A stretch of 60,123 nt of DNA, filler included. It is 4 parts of 4 records of this genome, joined end to end, with 100 filler letters (N's around TTAATTAATTAA, not from the genome) between each part and the next. Parts side by side here need not be neighbours in the genome. Positions count along the whole stretch, not along the records: positions 1 to 12,934 come from DRR723986_9317; positions 13,035 to 24,798 come from DRR723986_9319; 2 more parts are not named here. One strand, 5' to 3'. The translations under genes and the position numbers were made by a program. The stretch's first letter is position 1. The number at the start of each line of letters is the position of its first letter. A model generated the notes under the pieces. The model saw only the letters and a program-made list of their open reading frames with translations, was not told the DNA's origin and did not search any database. Shown in pieces: positions 10,547 to 20,632 of this stretch.

Positions 10547-10762
10547 ACGGACCTCCCAATAATGATGTTTGGTACTGAAGCGCATAGCCAAATCGTAGGG
10601 GCTCAAATCTGAATTCGGCATCTGCTTTGTGTGTGTCGTTTTCGGTCGGTGCAGAATAGTGTGGCAGGCTTGCGCCAAAATGGTTCCGATCGAATCAACT
10701 ACGCCGAAAACATAACATTAAACCAGGTGTAAAGCAGCACTTCACAAATACTACAGGAGCTC

Positions 10763-10790
10763 CTAAGTAATTGAAAATTATGGGTTTATG
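10763..10790 (-). promoter_or_regulatory. 28-bp motif shared with 27562-27589 (IHF-consensus-like core)
   Basis: Minus strand CATAAACCCATAATTTTCAATTACTTAG, 20/28 identical to 27562-27589, same orientation between regulator and T9SS cargo. Confidence 0.45.
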
Positions 10791-10995
10791 TGTATGCGTT
10801 TTCGTGGTGCGCTATCGTGGGAATGTCAGGCAATCGGGCATGGCATTTGTTCATCCACTCTTGCGACGTCAATCAGAGTTTAGTCCCTTGCATACAAGTG
10901 TCTGCCCAAAATATTCCAGGTAATATGATGTTGGAGTGTGTGGAAAGCAGCGGAATGAAACTATAGGACCTGTTCTAACCCAGATACTGCAGAAG

Positions 10996-12732
10996 CTAAG
11001 CTTGGCCGACTGAGAGCGTACCCATCAAATGTTCATTCAAACTAATGTTGCGTGGGGCATCTATTTTTTTGCGTAGGCGGTAGCGTGCAGTTTCCACCGT
11101 TCGGGCAGAAACGCTCAACAGCTGTGCCATTTCTTTGGTGCTCATGTTTAATTTTAACATGGCACAGAGTTTAAGCTCCTTGGGTGTTAACTGCGGGTAG
11201 CGTTTTTGGATGGATTCGAGGAATCCGGGATACAATCGTGCAAAATATTGATCTGAGTCCGACCATTCATTGTCTGACTGCTGTGCGTCACTAATCTGAA
11301 TTAACAATGAACGCAAGAGGGCACCATACTTTTTGTTCGAAGCCTGCAGACCGCGCCGGATGCGCCGTTCGATGTCGTCCAGTATTTGATTGCGATGTGC
11401 AATGCGCATTTCACCAGTGACTACTTCGCGTGTTTTTTTTGCCAAGTTAAATTGTAGGTTTGAGTTTTCTGTACGCAATGAGTTAATGATCGTTAAAAGT
11501 CTGGAAGTCAGTGCATCGGATTCAAAGGTTTTGTGTGTTCGCTGCAACTCCAGCTGACGTTGTTTAAAGCCGTTCAATACCACGTCCATCTTGCGCGCGT
11601 TCTGCAGGTCATTACAACTCTGGTAGGCTTCACGCAGCCTATACGCTACCATTAACACCGCCGCGTCACCGGCCTTAGGTTGTAGAATGCCGAGGGCGCG
11701 TTCAAGGTAATCTACTGCTTTTGAATAGCGCTGCAGGCGCAAGTACGCTACGCCCATTTCGCGCATCAGCATGCCATTCACAATGTCCCACATGTCTCCA
11801 GACTTGCTGTGTTTAAGGCTCTCCTGCAGCTGTGCAATTGCGTCTTCGTAACGCTGATAACGAAAGTACAGTCGGCTTTTGTACATGTGGATATAGGTGC
11901 GGAACTCAGGCCGTTTAATCGCATCAGCAATACTTAAACAAGTCTCAGTTTCCGCCAAGAGGTTTTCAAGCTGGTAGATGTGTCCTTTCTGTGAAACAAC
12001 TAATCCTTTGAGGCCGGCCGTACTGAGTATCGAGAAAAATGTGTCGTGCAGGCATCCCACGGCGCGGTTTAAATCCAGCGCCTTTTGATGATATGCCACC
12101 GCATTTGTAATGTCTTGAACCGTACCATGCACCTTGGCAAGTTGATAATATACTCTTCGTAAAATTTCCGGATCTTCGCAGTCTGCAAGCAGCGTGATTG
12201 CTTTGTTGGCGTACTCAAGGTCAATCATGGTCTGTGTTGCGTCGGCGTAAACCGCAGCCAGCAGGCCGAAACATTCACCCAGGCGGTGCATATCTCCCAG
12301 GCGAGTGTAAATTACAATGCTGTTGTTAATACAGCTAAACGTCTCGTCGTGGTTCTTGCCATAGAGGCTTACTTCAGCCAGCAATAGGTTAAGTGCGGCT
12401 TCATTGGCGGCGTCGCCTGCTTCTTGACACAATTGAATGCCGTCTTTATATTCGCTGATGGCATCTTCGCGTTCGTATAAACACTCCAGGCAGTGGCCGC
12501 GAATACGTGTCAGTTCAATTGCTGCATCGCTGTGTAGTTTATCTCCCTGCGCCCGTTTAAACTGTGCCGTAATCTCAAGAATTTCGCTCGAATTATCGGA
12601 TGTGTGCCGCCGCAGGGTAGCCCGCAGAATCTGCATCTGCTTGGCATGGTCGGCAGTTTTTAACAATCGACCAATTTGAGTTCGCGCCGCATTTAATCTG
12701 TGAACATTATCAAATGTGTTGTTTGTTTGCAT
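10996..12732 (-). CDS. Soluble TPR-repeat protein with C-terminal LuxR/GerE HTH (transcriptional regulator)
   Basis: Helical TPR-like repeats; C-terminal YPQLTPKELKLCAMLKLNMSTKEMAQLLSVSARTVETARYRLRKK; no TM segment; start at ATG 12732 or upstream alternative 12762. Confidence 0.88.
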   Translation of the reverse strand: MQTNNTFDNVHRLNAARTQIGRLLKTADHAKQMQILRATLRRHTSDNSSEILEITAQFKRAQGDKLHSDAAIELTRIRGHCLECLYEREDAISEYKDGIQLCQEAGDAANEAALNLLLAEVSLYGKNHDETFSCINNSIVIYTRLGDMHRLGECFGLLAAVYADATQTMIDLEYANKAITLLADCEDPEILRRVYYQLAKVHGTVQDITNAVAYHQKALDLNRAVGCLHDTFFSILSTAGLKGLVVSQKGHIYQLENLLAETETCLSIADAIKRPEFRTYIHMYKSRLYFRYQRYEDAIAQLQESLKHSKSGDMWDIVNGMLMREMGVAYLRLQRYSKAVDYLERALGILQPKAGDAAVLMVAYRLREAYQSCNDLQNARKMDVVLNGFKQRQLELQRTHKTFESDALTSRLLTIINSLRTENSNLQFNLAKKTREVVTGEMRIAHRNQILDDIERRIRRGLQASNKKYGALLRSLLIQISDAQQSDNEWSDSDQYFARLYPGFLESIQKRYPQLTPKELKLCAMLKLNMSTKEMAQLLSVSARTVETARYRLRKKIDAPRNISLNEHLMGTLSVGQA

Positions 12733-12904
12733 GGCCTGCCACTTTAAAATGTTTAACACCAAGTTCGGGCAAAACTTGTGCTGTTGAGTGCATTCTAGCG
12801 ACCCATTAATTTGTGGATCGTCTCAGTTTGAGTCAATAATCTACATTCCTGGTGGCTGGAAGTTCGTATAAAAAACAAGGTGTCAATAGGTTAGGGAAGT
12901 CCAG

Positions 12905-12934
12905 GATTGCAGCGCCTGCTGATGACATCAGGCT
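12905..12934 (-). repeat. Copy C (truncated by contig end) of dispersed structured repeat
   Basis: Exact 30-nt inverted copy of 1-30. Confidence 0.85.
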
Positions 12935-13034
12935 NNNNNNNNNNNNNNNNNNNNNNNNNNNNNNNNNNNNNNNNNNNNTTAATTAATTAANNNNNNNNNN
13001 NNNNNNNNNNNNNNNNNNNNNNNNNNNNNNNNNN
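12935..13034. other. Artificial contig spacer
   Basis: 44 N + TTAATTAATTAA (stops in all frames) + 44 N. Confidence 0.99.
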
Positions 13035-13035
13035 G

Positions 13036-13185
13036 CTGGAAGAGATCAACGAAGAGATCAAGGAAAGCTTTGAAGAGGCGGGCGGCGAACACTTCACCTA
13101 TATTCCCTGTCTCAATGATGATGACGCGCATATCGACGCGCTGACCAACACCATTGCAGATAACCTGCGCGGTTGGCTGGACTGA
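13036..13185 (+). CDS. hemH: Ferrochelatase, C-terminal end (5'-truncated)
   Basis: Own translation: LEEINEEIKESFEEAGGEHFTYIPCLNDDDAHIDAL...RGWLD*, the HemH C-terminal signature. Confidence 0.88.
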   Translation: MEEINEEIKESFEEAGGEHFTYIPCLNDDDAHIDALTNTIADNLRGWLD

Positions 13186-13220
13186 GCGTTTTCGCGGGCA
13201 GAAATCTACCCTTCAAACAC

Positions 13221-13251
13221 AAAAAAGGCGGTACCGAGGTACCGCCTTTTT
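13221..13251. terminator. Bidirectional intrinsic terminator
   Basis: AAAAAAGGCGGTACC-GA-GGTACCGCCTTTTT between convergent genes. Confidence 0.85.
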
Positions 13252-13272
13252 CGTTTTGGTAGTCGATACCGA

Positions 13273-13455
13273 TTAGTCGGCAGCAACAGCCGCAGCAACG
13301 ATTGCCAGCAGGATCAGCGGCAGCAGGATGCCGGAAGAAGAGCCAGCGGCTTCTTCAACAACAACAGGTGCTTCGATGACCGGGTCTGCAAGCGAACCAG
13401 CGTATGCGGTCGATGCGGCAGCTGTCAGTGCAGCGGCGAGAACGAGTTTTTTCAT
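13273..13455 (-). CDS. Small exported/membrane hypothetical protein (Roseobacter-type)
   Basis: MKKLVLAAALTAAASTAYAG signal peptide, hydrophobic C-terminus, GGAGG RBS before ATG 13455. Confidence 0.8.
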   Translation of the reverse strand: MKKLVLAAALTAAASTAYAGSLADPVIEAPVVVEEAAGSSSGILLPLILLAIVAAAVAAD

Positions 13456-13596
13456 AACATAACCTCCAGAAAAGGCGTGCCACATCAATGTGCGGACACG
13501 CACCCAAGACTTACCTCGTAGTTCTGTCTAAACAGCATATACAGCGGATTGCAAACCCGGATTCCATTCAGACAACCTACAATCACCCGAATGTCG

Positions 13597-14208
13597 TCAA
13601 ATTAGCAACACTTGAGTGCCCACTTTGGCCATCCCGAACAGCTCCGCAATATGCTCGTTGTACAGACCGATACATCCGTTGGAGGATTTGCGGCCAATCT
13701 TGCGGGTGTCGTGGGTGCCGTGGATCCGGTAATAGGTCCAGCTGAGGTAGAGCGCATGGGTTCCCAGAGGGTTATCCGGGCCGGGGCCAATGAATGGCGG
13801 CCATTCGGGATTGCGCTTGAGCATGGACGGCGTTGGACGCCAGCTTGGCCCATCAACCTTTTGCACAACCTTGGTCCGGCCACGGCGGGTTAGATCCTCG
13901 GTCAGAGGCACGCTGGACGGATACAATTTGTAAATGCTCTGATCCTCGGACCAGTAGTGCACCGCGCGGCTGTCGATATCGACCAGAATCGCGCCATTTT
14001 TTGTGTTGTCGAAATAAGGCTGCCAATCCAGCGTCCGAAAGCTGGAGATGTTCCGGCGCACCGTCTCTGTCAGATCGCGTTCATTTTCAGTGGTCGCCGA
14101 AGAATTGACGGCGCTGGTATCCTGCGCCAACGCAGGGGTGGCCAGCATTGCGGCGCTTCCGGCCAGAAACGCACGGCGGCCACCGTTGGAAAATTGACTG
14201 TCAGACAT
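13597..14208 (-). CDS. L,D-transpeptidase (YkuD/ErfK family), Tat-exported
   Basis: GRRAFL twin-arginine signal; PDNPLG, IHGT...SSNGCIGL catalytic motif. Confidence 0.92.
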   Translation of the reverse strand: MSDSQFSNGGRRAFLAGSAAMLATPALAQDTSAVNSSATTENERDLTETVRRNISSFRTLDWQPYFDNTKNGAILVDIDSRAVHYWSEDQSIYKLYPSSVPLTEDLTRRGRTKVVQKVDGPSWRPTPSMLKRNPEWPPFIGPGPDNPLGTHALYLSWTYYRIHGTHDTRKIGRKSSNGCIGLYNEHIAELFGMAKVGTQVLLI

Positions 14209-14378
14209 GATATGTCCCCCTCATGGGCAATTTCACTATTTTACAGACATATATGGCGCGAAAGACGCAGTATCAAATCAAACCACCGTTAACTGGCAGA
14301 CTCACGCTGATGTGCGTTTGAACTGCAACGCAACCCAATGTAGGAGAGGCAGAACACCGTTTTTGCTGGAGCAAAGCT

Positions 14379-14888
14379 ATGATCCGTATCCTGTCTGCCT
14401 TGATGGCTATTGCCTTGGCTGCCGCTGCCTGTGCGCCGGTTGAACCCGGCATTGGAACAGACGGCAAACCCCTGCCAAAGGTCTATCGGATCAGCCGCGG
14501 CGATGCGGGAAAGATCCCGTTCCGCATGGTGGACAGCGTCAATGCGCTGCGCGGTGCCGCGGGGCGTGCACCTGTTGCCTTGGATTCAAAATTGAACGCG
14601 GCGGCGGCAACCCATTCCAAGGATATGGCGCGCCAGAACCGCCCATGGCACTTCGGTTCTGATGGCTCTTCCCCGATCGACCGGATCAGCCGCGTTGGCT
14701 ATGCTGGGCGTCTTGTGGGCGAAACCATCTCCGAAACCTACGAATCCGAGCTTGAGACTCTCGCCGCATGGATGGACCAACCAGACACGCGCCGCGTGAT
14801 CATGTCACCCGATGCGCGCAACATGGGTTTTGCATGGCATCAGGAATCGGGCGGGAAAATCTGGTGGACTCTGGTGATGGGCAACTGA
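14379..14888 (+). CDS. CAP (SCP) domain lipoprotein
   Basis: Lipobox AAAC; VNALR, HSKDMA, HFGSDGS, GETI, WMD. Confidence 0.88.
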   Translation: MIRILSALMAIALAAAACAPVEPGIGTDGKPLPKVYRISRGDAGKIPFRMVDSVNALRGAAGRAPVALDSKLNAAAATHSKDMARQNRPWHFGSDGSSPIDRISRVGYAGRLVGETISETYESELETLAAWMDQPDTRRVIMSPDARNMGFAWHQESGGKIWWTLVMGN

Positions 14889-14903
14889 CCCAACACCCTA
14901 TGC

Positions 14904-15401
14904 CTAAGGGTTGATCTGGATCGGCGTTCCGTTCCCGACCATCGCATAGATGTCTTCCATCTGCTTGTTCGTCACTGAAATACAGCCCCAGGTCCAATCG
15001 CCCTTGTCCTTTTTCAACGGGTTCTTTTGCCCGTGAATAAAGATATCGCCGCCCGGCGTTTTGCCGATGGACTTGGCATAGGCGCGATCTGCGTTGTTGG
15101 GGTATGAAATACCCAAAGACAGATGGAACTGGCTGTTCGGATTGCGCCGGTCGATCAGATAAATCCCCTCAGGCGTGCGCCCGTCCCCTTCGATCTGTTT
15201 GTGACCAATAGGGGCAAAGCCCAGCTTGATGTCATAATCCTCAAGCACCTTGTCATGATGCAACAGATACATGCGCCGCGCCTCTTTGTTCACCACCACA
15301 TAGGTGACTTCAGGGCCGTTGTAGCGTTTGAATTTGCTGCTGCTGCAGGCGCCCAGCGCCACAAGCGCGGTGCCGCCAAGAATGACTGTTCTGCGGTTCA
15401 T
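14904..15401 (-). CDS. L,D-transpeptidase family lipoprotein (YafK/DpaA-like)
   Basis: EGDGRTPEG, SLGISYPN, GGDIFIHG, WTWGCISV. Confidence 0.9.
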   Translation of the reverse strand: MNRRTVILGGTALVALGACSSSKFKRYNGPEVTYVVVNKEARRMYLLHHDKVLEDYDIKLGFAPIGHKQIEGDGRTPEGIYLIDRRNPNSQFHLSLGISYPNNADRAYAKSIGKTPGGDIFIHGQKNPLKKDKGDWTWGCISVTNKQMEDIYAMVGNGTPIQINP

Positions 15402-15535
15402 CTGTACTGCCTAATTTGCCGGGCGATTTTTGCCCTTTGTTATCGCGCTAGCATATAGCCCAATTGCCCGCAGTCAAAAAGCCGTGATTGCAGCGGTTTT
15501 GAAACATCCGCGTAAACCGGCAAATCACTGCCAGA

Positions 15536-16756
15536 TCAGGCAGGTGCGGTCAGGCTTGCCGCCAGTTCAACATGGGACGACCAACGGAACTGGTCGACAA
15601 CCTGCACCCAATTCAACGTGTAGCCAGCGTTGACCATCGTCAGCGCATCGCGGGCAAAGGTCACAGGATTGCACGACACATAGGCCACCTGCGGCACGCG
15701 CGCGGTCACAATTTCGGCCACTTGCCGTTCGGCACCTGCGCGGGGTGGGTCCAAAACAACCGCATCCAGCTTGCGCATCTCGTCGGGCAACAATGGCCGG
15801 CGAAACAGATCCCGTGTTTCAGTCGTCACGGGCTTGAGACCCTCGGCCATCCGCCACCCATGATCCAGCGCCGTCATCATTTCCGCAACGCTTTCAACCG
15901 CATGCACACGCGCGGTTTCTGCAAGGGGCAGCGCAAACGTGCCACAACCGGCAAACAGATCGGCCAATGCATCTGCGCCCGCGACAGCCTCTTTGACGAC
16001 CGCCAACAAAGCTGCCTCGCCATCTTGCGTGGCTTGCAAAAACGCGCCCGGCGGCGGGGTCACAGCGGCACGGCCAAAGGTCTGCACCGGTGCATGGCGC
16101 ATCGCAATCACCTCATCGTCCCAGCTGAGCCGCGCCAAACCGCGCCGCTCGCAGAGACTGGCCAATTCTTGCCGCAGCGGCCCATCAAGCGGTTTGCCAT
16201 GCGCCACCGCCACATCCAGCCCATTGGCCGATGCCGTGACTGTGACCGCCAGCGCCGCCTTGCGGCTGGTCCCCAGCAGCGCCAGATCTTCGGCCACCAC
16301 GCGACCCTCCAAAACCTCGGGCGCCAGAAGCTTACAATCCGGGATTTCAATCAGAACGTCCGAACTGCGGCCATAAAACCCTGCCATCGCGCCCTTTTTC
16401 GTACGCCGTGCCGCAAAAGTGGCCCGCCGCCGCGATTGTGCGGGCGAGGTATGAAGTGGCTTAAAAACAGTCTCTAAACCATGCGCATCCAGTGCATGTT
16501 TCACCACGTCTTGTTTCCACGTCGCAACCAGATCGTCCGATGCATGTTGCAGCTGGCATCCACCACAGGATTTGAAATGCCGGCATGGCGGCGCAACCCG
16601 ATCATCAGATGGCGTCAGGATACGCACGTCTGACAAGGTGCTGCCGTCAACTGTACCGGATACCACCTCGCCCGGAAGGGTCAGCGGCGCAAATATCGGA
16701 CCATCGGCAATGCCATCGCCATGATGGCCCAATCGAAGAATGTGATGTTCTGTCAT
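15536..16756 (-). CDS. RlmD/TrmA-type class I SAM-dependent RNA (uracil-5)-methyltransferase
   Basis: CRHFKSCGGCQLQH Fe-S motif, FLQAT, DLFAGCGTF, LDPPRAG, YVSCNP, HVE; start set to ATG 16756. Confidence 0.92.
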   Translation of the reverse strand: MTEHHILRLGHHGDGIADGPIFAPLTLPGEVVSGTVDGSTLSDVRILTPSDDRVAPPCRHFKSCGGCQLQHASDDLVATWKQDVVKHALDAHGLETVFKPLHTSPAQSRRRATFAARRTKKGAMAGFYGRSSDVLIEIPDCKLLAPEVLEGRVVAEDLALLGTSRKAALAVTVTASANGLDVAVAHGKPLDGPLRQELASLCERRGLARLSWDDEVIAMRHAPVQTFGRAAVTPPPGAFLQATQDGEAALLAVVKEAVAGADALADLFAGCGTFALPLAETARVHAVESVAEMMTALDHGWRMAEGLKPVTTETRDLFRRPLLPDEMRKLDAVVLDPPRAGAERQVAEIVTARVPQVAYVSCNPVTFARDALTMVNAGYTLNWVQVVDQFRWSSHVELAASLTAPA

Positions 16757-16793
16757 GCCCCGCCTTACCCCGCCGCTGCCTTGCACAAAACCC

Positions 16794-18626
16794 CTATTCA
16801 GCCGCCTTCACATTCAGGAACCCGCCCGACTGCCGCTGCCAATAACGGGCGTAAAGACCATTTTGTGCCAAAAGCGCTTCGTGATTGCCGGTTTCGACAA
16901 TCCTCCCTTGATCCATAACGATAATGCGATCCATCTCCGTCAGCGTGGACAGCCGGTGTGCAATCGCCAGAACGGTTTTGCCCTCCATCACACGGGTCAG
17001 CGCGGTTTGAATGGCCGCCTCGACCTCGCTATCGAGGGCAGAGGTCGCCTCATCCAGCACCAGAATGGGCGCATCTTTGAGAATAGCCCGCGCCAGTGCA
17101 ATCCTCTGGCGTTGCCCACCTGACAGTTTCACACCCCGCTCTCCCAAATGCGCCTCATAGCCGCGACGCCCACGGTGGTCTTCAAGCTCCTGAATAAATC
17201 CATGCGCTTCGGCCCGTTCGGCCGCGGCGATAACCTCTGCTTCGGTCGCGTCTGGCCGGCCATACAGGATGTTGTCACGCGCAGACCGATTGAACATCGC
17301 GGTTTCCTGCGTAACCATCCCAATGTTGCGCCGAAGGCTTTCTTGAGTGGCCTGACGCACATCAAGATCATCGATCAATATTTGACCCTGTTCTGCGTCA
17401 TAGAGCCTAAGCAATAGCGAAACGAGCGTTGATTTACCGGCGCCGGAAGCACCAACAATGCCCAGTTTTTCACCCGGTTCGATCGTCAGGTCAATCCGTT
17501 CAACACCGCCCGCCTCACGGCCATAGGCAAACCCCAGATCCCGCATTTCAATGCGCCCTTGAACCATATCTAATGGTTTGGCATCCGGCCCGTCCTCCAA
17601 CCTCACGCGGGGCGTCAGGGTCTTCATGCCGTCTTCAACTTCACCAACGTTGGAATAGATCGCCATCAAGGTGAAACTGACCCAACCGGTCATCTGCGCG
17701 ATACGGATCGCCACGGCCCCTGCCGCAACAATATCGCCCTCACTTGCCATACCGCGCTGCCAAAGCAAGATCGTACCGCCCAGCAAGATCACCGGCAAAA
17801 GCCCCGCCAATGTCATCAAGGTCAGCCGGAAACCGGCGGCGAGATAACCAAACTCCAACGCACGTTCCCGAAAGGTCTGCATGGCGCCCAAAGCGGCGCG
17901 ATCTTCGTGATCAGCATGGGCAAACAGTTTCACTGTCTTAATGTTGGTAATGGTGTCCACGACTTGACCGGACACCATCGCACGTGCACCTGCACGGCCC
18001 GCGGACCGCTTGCGCACACGCGGCAAAAACCAGTTGATCACTGCAAAATACAGAACCAGCCAGACCAGAAACCCGACCGCCACCCGCCAATCAATCGCCA
18101 CCAGCAGCGCAAGCGAGCCAAGGAGCGACGCCAGCGCAAACGCCACCACATTGATCAGCTCTGATGCGATATCGGTGACCGCACGCGCCGCCTGCATCTG
18201 TTTTTGCGCAATCCGCCCTGCAAAATCATCGTCAAAAAAGCCAACATTCTGACCAAGCGTCCAACGATGCAAACGCGACAGAACCAATGGATTCACATTC
18301 GGCTGTACCATGATCGCATTCGAAGCAGAGCTCAGAGCAAACAGGATTGGCCTCAGGATCAGAAAAAACCCAACAGCCCCAAGGATCAGCGCCAGATTTC
18401 GCCCGTCAAAGAATGCCTCGGGCCCTGCGCTGACCGTGGCATCGATGACCCGGCCAAGGATCAGCGCCGTGCCAGCCTCCATCACTCCGGCAGCGGCAGA
18501 AAGCAACGCGGCAAGCCAAAGCACTGGCCAGGCGCCGGACAAGCACCACCGCAAAAACGCCCCTAATGTTTGGGGCGGCGGCCCTTCGGCGGCGCGAAAC
18601 GGGTTGATCCAATTGCCAATGTTCAT
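16794..18626 (-). CDS. ABC exporter, fused permease/ATPase
   Basis: TM domain; GASGAGKS Walker A, LSGGQRQR signature, LDEATSALD. Confidence 0.95.
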   Translation of the reverse strand: MNIGNWINPFRAAEGPPPQTLGAFLRWCLSGAWPVLWLAALLSAAAGVMEAGTALILGRVIDATVSAGPEAFFDGRNLALILGAVGFFLILRPILFALSSASNAIMVQPNVNPLVLSRLHRWTLGQNVGFFDDDFAGRIAQKQMQAARAVTDIASELINVVAFALASLLGSLALLVAIDWRVAVGFLVWLVLYFAVINWFLPRVRKRSAGRAGARAMVSGQVVDTITNIKTVKLFAHADHEDRAALGAMQTFRERALEFGYLAAGFRLTLMTLAGLLPVILLGGTILLWQRGMASEGDIVAAGAVAIRIAQMTGWVSFTLMAIYSNVGEVEDGMKTLTPRVRLEDGPDAKPLDMVQGRIEMRDLGFAYGREAGGVERIDLTIEPGEKLGIVGASGAGKSTLVSLLLRLYDAEQGQILIDDLDVRQATQESLRRNIGMVTQETAMFNRSARDNILYGRPDATEAEVIAAAERAEAHGFIQELEDHRGRRGYEAHLGERGVKLSGGQRQRIALARAILKDAPILVLDEATSALDSEVEAAIQTALTRVMEGKTVLAIAHRLSTLTEMDRIIVMDQGRIVETGNHEALLAQNGLYARYWQRQSGGFLNVKAAE

Positions 18627-20461
18627 GCGTCGTCATCCAATTTGAGGAACCCACCCGATTGGCGAGACCAGAAATCTGCATATAGCCCGCCCCGCGCCAA
18701 AAGCGCGTCATGCGATCCCTCTTCGACAATGCGCCCTTCATCCAGAACCAAAATGCGGTCCATCTCTGCGATGGTGGACAAACGGTGCGCAATGGCGATC
18801 ACCGATTTGCCGGCCATCATTCCATAAAGGGTTTCCTGAATTGCCGCCTCCACCTCGCTATCAAGGGCGGAGGTCGCCTCATCCAAAAGCAGGATCGGCG
18901 CATCCTTCAAAATGACCCGTGCCAGCGTGATCCGTTGGCGTTGGCCGCCCGACAGTTTGACACCGCGCTCCCCAACCCGTGCATCATACCCGTGACGCCC
19001 TTCGGGATCGGATAGATCCTGAATAAATTCATGAGCTTGCGCTTGCTTGGCGGCCGCGATCATCTCTTCTTCGCTGGCGTCTGGACGGCCGTACAGAATA
19101 TTTTCACGAACCGAACGGTGCAACAAAGAGCTGTCTTGCTGGACCATGCCGATATGCCGGCGCAGGCTGTCTTGGGTCACATCACTGATGTCCTGACCGT
19201 CGATCAGAATGCGCCCGCCTTCGGCCTCATAGAACCGCAAAAGCAGTTTGACCAAGGTGGATTTGCCTGCGCCGGATCGGCCAACCAGGCCAATCCGCTC
19301 TCCCGGTGCGATCTCAAGATCAACGCCCTGCAATCCGCCCGATGTGCGCCCGTAGTGATGGGTCAAACCCTGCATCTCGATCCGCCCGGCGGACAATTCC
19401 AACGGCTTTGCATCCGGCGCATCCACCAAGGTGATCGGCTGGGCAATGGTTTCCATCCCTTCGGCCACAACGCCAAGCTGACGAAAGAACGAGGAAAGCG
19501 CCCACATGATCCATCCGGTCATCGCATTCAGCCGCAGTGTCAGCGCCGCCGCCGCCGCGACAACACCCACGCTGGCCTCCCCTATTGTCCAAAGCCAAAG
19601 CGCCCAACCAACGATGCCGACAATCAACAGCCCATTCAACGCCACCAGAAAGACATCCATGATGGTAAAAATCCGCATCTCGATCTGGAAAGTGCGCCGC
19701 GCCTCTTCGATAGCGTCCTTGGCAAAACCAAGCTCCAGATCATGATGGGCAAACATCTTGACCGAGTGGATATTTGTATAGGCGTCAACAACCCGCCCCG
19801 TTACAGCAGACCGCGCATCAGAGGCGTCCTTGGCTGCGGGACCAACCCGCGCCAATGTCCAGCGCACCAGAAATCCATAAAGAACAAACCAACCCAAGAG
19901 CGGAACCAGCAATCGCCAATCCGAAAACGTGAGCAGGATCGCCGCGCCGATCAGATAGGCCAGCGAATAGGAAATCGCGTCAAAGACCTGAAACACCACC
20001 TCGCCCGCAGCGGGCGGCGTTTGCATGATCCGGTTGGCGATCCGCCCGGCAAAGTCATTCTCGAACCAGCCCACCGACTGCCGCAAAACTTGTTTGTGCG
20101 CTCTCCAGCGGATCAAAGTGCCGAAATTCGGCATAATCGCGTTGTTCAGAAGCAGCACATCAAGCCCCTGAAGCGCAGGACGGATCAACAGCACAAAGAG
20201 CGCGACAAGAATGAGCTCAGTGCCGTAAGTCTGCCAAAGCAGTGCCGGATCACTGCCCAGTAGGTCCACCAGACGCCCCATGTAATAGATCAACCAGATC
20301 TCAATCGCCGCAACGACAATCGACATGAAGGCAGTCAGGGCAAACACCTTTTTGAACGGCTGGGAATAGTCCCACAAAAACGGCCATAGCTTTTGCGGCG
20401 GTTTATCGTGTTCGGTGTAGGGAACGTAGGGGTTGATGAGGTTTTCAAAGAAACGGAACAT
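18623..20461 (-). CDS. ABC exporter, fused permease/ATPase (paralog, probable heterodimer partner)
   Basis: GRSGAGKS, LSGGQRQR, LDEATSALD; ATGA overlap with downstream paralog; start set to ATG 20461. Confidence 0.95.
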   Translation of the reverse strand: MFRFFENLINPYVPYTEHDKPPQKLWPFLWDYSQPFKKVFALTAFMSIVVAAIEIWLIYYMGRLVDLLGSDPALLWQTYGTELILVALFVLLIRPALQGLDVLLLNNAIMPNFGTLIRWRAHKQVLRQSVGWFENDFAGRIANRIMQTPPAAGEVVFQVFDAISYSLAYLIGAAILLTFSDWRLLVPLLGWFVLYGFLVRWTLARVGPAAKDASDARSAVTGRVVDAYTNIHSVKMFAHHDLELGFAKDAIEEARRTFQIEMRIFTIMDVFLVALNGLLIVGIVGWALWLWTIGEASVGVVAAAAALTLRLNAMTGWIMWALSSFFRQLGVVAEGMETIAQPITLVDAPDAKPLELSAGRIEMQGLTHHYGRTSGGLQGVDLEIAPGERIGLVGRSGAGKSTLVKLLLRFYEAEGGRILIDGQDISDVTQDSLRRHIGMVQQDSSLLHRSVRENILYGRPDASEEEMIAAAKQAQAHEFIQDLSDPEGRHGYDARVGERGVKLSGGQRQRITLARVILKDAPILLLDEATSALDSEVEAAIQETLYGMMAGKSVIAIAHRLSTIAEMDRILVLDEGRIVEEGSHDALLARGGLYADFWSRQSGGFLKLDDDA

Positions 20462-20632
20462 GGCAAATGGCCTTGGAATAGGAATTGGCAAAATGATCAG
20501 GACACGCAAATGCGCCCCGATAGGAATACGCGCTTAGGGGAGCGTTAGCTCAACCAGATCCCGCGATACATTTTGCAATCCTCCGTGTTCATATGCATTT
20601 GCATAGAGAATTCTCACGGGGCTGTCGACCCT

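Noticed and set aside
12935-13034. TTAATTAATTAA palindrome within N runs (also at 24843 and 54328)
   Set aside because: Identical artificial linker; gene adjacency across spacers has no biological meaning.
19031-20263. Long antisense ORFs (410 aa here; also 15572..16477 and 54420..55322)
   Set aside because: Shadow frames opposite well-supported high-GC genes; no recognisable motifs.
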